From contig JBMFOM010000025.1 in NCBI GenBank assembly GCA_049969615.1, positions 1 through 20,341 of the forward strand: a DNA stretch of 20,341 nt, in the 5' to 3' direction. The position numbers and the translations under genes are program-made. The DNA comes from a candidate division WOR-3 bacterium (GTDB taxonomy: Bacteria; Hydrothermota; Hydrothermia; JBDRYB01). The notes beneath the pieces are model-generated. The model saw only the letters and a list, made by a program, of their open reading frames with translations. It was not told the origin of the DNA and searched no databases. The stretch's first letter is position 1. Each line of letters opens with the position of its first letter. Shown one piece after another: positions 16,542-20,341 of this stretch.

Positions 16542-16793
16542 ATGAGGAAGCACCTGACCATGGCCGTGTTGGCCGTCCTGGCATCTGGCTGTGCCACTGT
16601 TGGCTCGGTCAAGGCCCTTGAGAAACGGGTCGCCAACCTGGAGAAGAAGATGGCTAAGGTGGAGGCGATGGTTGAGGAGAATAAGACCTACGCTGACCAG
16701 CTCAAGGGCAGGATAGACCAGCTCGCCAAGGAATACGACCTGATATACGAGAAGGTCTTTCCAGCAGACGGCAGGCCGAACAAGCCAAAGTAG
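16542..16793 (+). CDS. Small coiled-coil lipoprotein (Lpp/OprI-like architecture)
   Basis: MRKHLTMAVLAVLASG-C lipobox, heptad coiled coil and C-terminal Lys. TTGAAC-18-TATCAT upstream (16478-16507). Confidence 0.75.
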   Translation: MRKHLTMAVLAVLASGCATVGSVKALEKRVANLEKKMAKVEAMVEENKTYADQLKGRIDQLAKEYDLIYEKVFPADGRPNKPK

Positions 16794-16799
16794 GGCACA

Positions 16800-16844
16800 G
16801 GTCTCTCCTGCGCTGTGGCTCGGAGACCTTGTCGGTTCCGTGCT
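16800..16844 (+). repeat. 45-bp post-stop-codon element, copy 2
   Basis: GGTCTCTCCTGCGCTGTGGCTCGGAGACCTTGTCGGTTCCGTGCT, matching the reverse complement of 5075-5119. Confidence 0.75.
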
Positions 16845-16872
16845 ATTTGGTTTTTGGTTTGAAAACCTGTTT

Positions 16873-16981
16873 GAGCCTGTCTCACAATACGATTTTTTGA
16901 CGCCCATCAATTCTAAGAATGAGGCTTGGAGCGGATCTTATCTGAGACAGCTTCTCAATAACCCTATTCTGGGACAGGCTT
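16873..16981. mobile_element. 109-bp MITE-like element, copy 2
   Basis: Terminal inverted repeats GAGCCTGTCTCACAATA / TATTCTGGGACAGGCTT. Right end overlaps the mqnC stop codon. Confidence 0.7.
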
Positions 16982-17999
16982 AATCTGGGTTATAAAGGGT
17001 GTCCCTACGCTCGGGCCTGAAACCAGCCGCCTCTATGAGCTCTCTTATCTCGGATTCTGTCGCTGTGAGTCTGTGGCCGGCTGATCGCATGACATTCTCC
17101 TCAAGGAGAAGGCTCCCGAGATCATCAGCTCCGTAATAGAGTGCCAGCTGGCCTATCTCCTTTCCCTGGGAAGACCAGGAAGCTTGAATGTGGGGAAAAT
17201 TATCAAGATAAACACGGGCAAGGGCTATGATCCTTATATAGAGAAGGGGAGACGAGGCCCGCAAATGTGAAAGCCTCGTGTTGCCGGGTTTGAAGTCCCA
17301 GGCTATGAACGCTGTGAACCCACCTGTTTCGTCTTGTAATTGCCGGAGGGCATCCAGGTGACCCACTATTTCTTCTGGCCACTCCCCTATCCCAAACATC
17401 ATTGTAGCGGTTGTTTTGAAACCTGTCTCATGGGCCTCGCGCATTATCCGTAGCCAGCCATCCGCGGAGAGCTTACGCGGACTGAACCGACCCCTGAGCC
17501 TATTCGAGAGTATCTCTGCCCCACCGCCAGGAATTGTTCTGAGTCCGGCGTTCCAGAGCTCCTGAAGGACCTCGCGGCTTGAGATACCTTCCCTCTCAGC
17601 TACGAAATGTATCTCAGGGGGGCTAAATGCGTGAAGGTGAACCCTGTATTTTGTTGCCCTCCGGACCATCTCAAGCATGTAGTCAAGGCCGGGTTCCGGG
17701 TTGAGGCCGCCCTGGAGCAAAATTGTGGTGATTCCAAATGCCTCCGCCTCAGCCAGCTTTTCTTCCCACTCGTTCATGGGCATAAGATATGCTTCCTTGT
17801 GTCCTTCCGGACGCCAGAAAGCACAGAAAGAGCAATGGGAAGAACAGATATTCGTGTAGTTGATGTTGGTATCAAGTATATAAGTGACCTTTTCGGGATC
17901 GTTCATCTGGCAACGGATCTCATGCGCGGACCTACCGAGGGAATGCAGGGGTTCTTTCCCAAAAAGTTCAAAAGCCTGGTCTTTTGAGATCCGGCTCAT
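16980..17999 (-). CDS. mqnC: Cyclic dehypoxanthinyl futalosine synthase (radical SAM)
   Basis: NINYTNICSSHCSFCAF (CxxxCxxC), LLQGGLNP, HAFSPPEI, IPGGGAEIL, HIQASW and LLEENV. Confidence 0.88.
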   Translation of the reverse strand: MSRISKDQAFELFGKEPLHSLGRSAHEIRCQMNDPEKVTYILDTNINYTNICSSHCSFCAFWRPEGHKEAYLMPMNEWEEKLAEAEAFGITTILLQGGLNPEPGLDYMLEMVRRATKYRVHLHAFSPPEIHFVAEREGISSREVLQELWNAGLRTIPGGGAEILSNRLRGRFSPRKLSADGWLRIMREAHETGFKTTATMMFGIGEWPEEIVGHLDALRQLQDETGGFTAFIAWDFKPGNTRLSHLRASSPLLYIRIIALARVYLDNFPHIQASWSSQGKEIGQLALYYGADDLGSLLLEENVMRSAGHRLTATESEIRELIEAAGFRPERRDTLYNPD

Positions 18000-18739
18000 A
18001 CGCCCAACAATTCCCTGAACCTGGCCAACCCCTTTCTCTCTTCATGCCCCATCTGATAAACGAATCCTCTTACATAAGAGATCGCCTCCACGCGGGAAAG
18101 CCCCAGCCTGCGTCTCTTTTCTTCAACCAGGCCCTCCAGATCATTGAGGTTTGCCGTGAGGGCGAACGCCAGGTCTCTCGCGAGGCCAGACGCTAGGGTT
18201 TCGTCAATGTCCCCGCGAATCACCCATAGCGCATAGACAAAAGGTAGTCCAGTCCAATCATACCAGAGCTCCCCCAGATCGTAAGCCTTGTATCCGGGGA
18301 ATGATCTCAGCCTCTTGCGCAGATAAAGCGCCTCATCCCCAATGGCCAGGTAGGCCGTTGGCCGGGAATAGAGGTCATCATCCGTGTATGTGAAACCATG
18401 CACGCCAAAGGCTTTTCTGAGAAGAACATCAAGTAGAGCGGATGAGGTGGCTGTCTGTTTCGTTATGCCTATTTCCTCGCCAGCGAGCTTACCCATTTCA
18501 ACTCGCGAGAACAAAAGAACGCTCCTCACGGTCCCCTTTGCTGAGATGCAAAAATCCTTGAGAGGAAAAACCTTGCCTTCCATCGCGAAGAATGTGGCGG
18601 AGGGCATTATCGTCGCGTCAACCAGACCCGCGGAAACCATGGCTCCGGCGTCGCGTGGCATTATGGGAACGAGCTTGTGCCCTGTCAGACCCCTAAAGAA
18701 GGCGTCGGAGTTGAGATACGGAATTCTGCCTAGGATCAT
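17996..18739 (-). CDS. mqnA: Chorismate dehydratase (MqnA/MqnD family)
   Basis: LGRIPYLNS, ISAKGTVRSVLLFS, TATSSAL, LAIGDEAL and YDLGELWYDWTGLPFVYALW. Confidence 0.9.
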   Translation of the reverse strand: MILGRIPYLNSDAFFRGLTGHKLVPIMPRDAGAMVSAGLVDATIMPSATFFAMEGKVFPLKDFCISAKGTVRSVLLFSRVEMGKLAGEEIGITKQTATSSALLDVLLRKAFGVHGFTYTDDDLYSRPTAYLAIGDEALYLRKRLRSFPGYKAYDLGELWYDWTGLPFVYALWVIRGDIDETLASGLARDLAFALTANLNDLEGLVEEKRRRLGLSRVEAISYVRGFVYQMGHEERKGLARFRELLGV

Positions 18740-18791
18740 GTTCCCTACTCGTCAAAAAACACTGGCCTTAACCAGAAACTCATTAGTTCTT

Positions 18792-19817
18792 TCATAAAAA
18801 GTTATAAAGCCCGTCCCTTTTAACGGGTATTCCACCCGCCCAGCGAATGATCTCTCTTACCTCGTTCTCAGCAAGGCCAACTGGTGACCGAGCACCTGCT
18901 GAGTGAGCAACGCGCTCAAGGCCAACCGTCCCATCAAGATCATCAGCGCCCGAGGCTAGCGCGACAGCCGTCAATTTGGGTCCCATCATTACCCAATAGG
19001 CCTTTATATGCGAGAAATTATCAAGGAAGAGCCTGCTTATCGCTACCATACGCAGTATCTCATGAGACGAAATGGGCCTCGTTTTCTGACCCAGGGGGTT
19101 ATTCATCGTCTGAAACGGAAGGGGAATGAAGCTCAGAAAACCATGGGTCTCGTCCTGGAGATCGCGTAGAAGCTCAAGGTGCCGGATTATCTCCTCGCGC
19201 GTCTCCGCGTGCCCGAAAAGCATGGTGGCGTTGGATTTTATCCCCAAAGAATGCGCTTGCCGATGGATTGCGAGCCAGGACTCCGGAGCGGCCTTCCTTG
19301 GGAATAGTTCCTTGTGGAGGCGCTCGGATAAAACCTCCGCGCCGCCACCCGGAAGTGCATCCAGCCCAGCAGCCTTCAATCTTTTGAGGACTTCAAGCGT
19401 AGAAATTCCCTCGCGTTCGGCAATAAAGGCTATTTCCGTTGCGGTGAACGCCTTTATGGTGATTCCAGGGCATCGGTTTCTTATACCCCTTATCATTTCC
19501 TCACAATATTCCATGCCAAGTTCTGGGTTCAGGCCTCCAGTAATGTGCACCTCGGTCAACCCTTCGCTCAGACTGGATACAATCTCTTTTGGGCTCAGCG
19601 TCCGTGAACGTTCGCGCTCTCTCCAGAACGCACAGAAAGCGCACCTGGAAACGCAATAGTCCGTGTAGTTTATGTGCAGATTGACGGAGTAATATACCCT
19701 GTCTCCGTGAAGGGCTTTTTTGATCTCAAGGGCTTCGTTCAGGAGGGAATGCAGTGGGGCCCGAAAGAGATCAAGTCCTTCCTGAATAGAAAGCCTTCCC
19801 TGGGACATCACTGGCAT
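18792..19817 (-). CDS. mqnE: Aminodeoxyfutalosine synthase (radical SAM)
   Basis: HINYTDYCVSRCAFCAF, EVHITGG, IKAFTATEI, SNATMLFGH, HIKAYWVM and DDLDGTV. Start is ATG 19817 or 19808 because the GTG 19838 ORF start lies in the promoter. Confidence 0.88.
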   Translation of the reverse strand: MPVMSQGRLSIQEGLDLFRAPLHSLLNEALEIKKALHGDRVYYSVNLHINYTDYCVSRCAFCAFWRERERSRTLSPKEIVSSLSEGLTEVHITGGLNPELGMEYCEEMIRGIRNRCPGITIKAFTATEIAFIAEREGISTLEVLKRLKAAGLDALPGGGAEVLSERLHKELFPRKAAPESWLAIHRQAHSLGIKSNATMLFGHAETREEIIRHLELLRDLQDETHGFLSFIPLPFQTMNNPLGQKTRPISSHEILRMVAISRLFLDNFSHIKAYWVMMGPKLTAVALASGADDLDGTVGLERVAHSAGARSPVGLAENEVREIIRWAGGIPVKRDGLYNFL

Positions 19818-19826
19818 GGGGCTGAG

Positions 19827-19855
19827 ATTATAACCCACTTCCTGCGCAGAATCAA
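19827..19855 (-). promoter_or_regulatory. mqnE operon promoter (conserved promoter family)
   Basis: Minus strand reads TTGATT CTGCGCAGGAAGTGGGT TATAAT, 9 nt, ATG. Confidence 0.75.
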
Positions 19856-19866
19856 GATTCTCTTCC

Positions 19867-19927
19867 AGCTATGATGAGGCTCCAGGATGGGGGCGAAGGA
19901 CAGACCGGGATTTTTCAGGGGGTTTCA
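19867..19927 (-). repeat. Box A plus AGCCTCATCATAGCT module, between divergent promoters
   Basis: AGCTATGATGAGGCT (19867-19881) and GGGCGAAGGACAGACCGGGATTTTTCAGGGGGTTTCA (19891-19927). Confidence 0.75.
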
Positions 19928-19932
19928 AGTAC

Positions 19933-19962
19933 ATGATCCTGAACAGGAGATGGGTTTATAAT
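19933..19962 (+). promoter_or_regulatory. tRNA-His promoter (conserved promoter family)
   Basis: ATGATC CTGAACAGGAGATGGGTT TATAAT, 11 nt before the tRNA G-1. Confidence 0.65.
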
Positions 19963-19973
19963 TTGTCCCTCAC

Positions 19974-20047
19974 GGTGGGCGTAGCTCAATTGGTAGAGCA
20001 CTGGACTGTGGCTCCAGGGGTCGGGGGTTCAAAGCCCCTCGCCCACC
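19974..20047 (+). tRNA. tRNA-His (GTG)
   Basis: Encoded G-1, acceptor stem GTGGGCG/CGCCCAC, D arm GCTC/GAGC, anticodon arm CTGGA-CTGTGGC-TCCAG (GTG at 20008-20010), T arm GGGGG-TTCAAAG-CCCCT and discriminator C. CCA is not encoded. Confidence 0.96.
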
Positions 20048-20049
20048 CT

Positions 20050-20089
20050 TCAGTGAGCAGTGGGCAATTAGCGATTGCCCCCTGACTGA
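20050..20089 (+). terminator. Hairpin immediately after tRNA-His
   Basis: TCAGT..CAG-T-GGGCAAT, loop TAGCG, ATTGCCC-C-CTG-ACTGA. Weak U-tract. Confidence 0.45.
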
Positions 20090-20341
20090 TAATGCCTTGT
20101 TCATAGCCGTCCCGGCTTCCATTGTGTAGTCCACGGTTTCAAGGCTTACCCTTTCGAGACCCCTGATAAAGTAGCAATAACTTGTCGGTTTGAACCAAGA
20201 GCACTTTGCCCAAGGGAACAGGGTTCTAAGAGGGACCCCTGAAAAATCCCGCCACAAGGGCATTTCCTCGTGATCCTTTCCCCGGATGTGCTCATTTTTG
20301 ATTCTCAGCATACCCCCCTGGTTTGAGAAAGCCCGGATGGG

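Noticed and set aside
19970-20311. 113-aa minus-strand ORF
   Set aside because: Its 3' part is the antisense of tRNA-His and the rest is repeat-rich non-coding DNA.
1-20341. CRISPR array, integron, prophage or DGR
   Set aside because: No regularly spaced repeats and no cas, integrase, reverse transcriptase or phage genes. The repeats found are dispersed and diverged.

Overview
A core-genome window (GC-rich coding sequence) from a diderm bacterium. The T9SS-type C-terminal tail, the futalosine menaquinone genes and the rplM-rpsI-rpsB-tsf-pyrH order suggest an FCB-adjacent lineage such as WOR-3, which is inference only. Genes, in order: the 5' end of a minus-strand gene, an LPG-synthase-TM/flippase-like membrane protein, dxs, a truncated McsA-like and a strongly degenerate McsB-like gene, a Tyr-rich secreted protein, rplM-rpsI-rpsB-tsf-pyrH (no frr), an M42 peptidase, a parS-like site, an FAD oxidoreductase, a small EamA/ArnE-F-like transporter, a divergent aspartokinase, a DUF4388-like protein with an output-less HAMP sensor, an Lpp-like lipoprotein, mqnC-mqnA-mqnE and tRNA-His(GTG). 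Three things stand out. (1) The McsB-like protein has lost its recognisable catalytic motifs but keeps its C-terminal dimerisation region, and there is no ctsR or clpC beside it. (2) The intergenic DNA is built from several interspersed repeat families: a conserved promoter module (TTGATYCTGCRCAGRARRTGGGTTATAAT) in front of leaderless or near-leaderless genes, a GAAACCCCTGAAAAATCCC box, a 109-bp MITE-like element in two copies and a 45-bp post-stop element. (3) There is an orphan DUF4388-like/HAMP signalling pair. All alignments and counts were done by eye and no searches were run.
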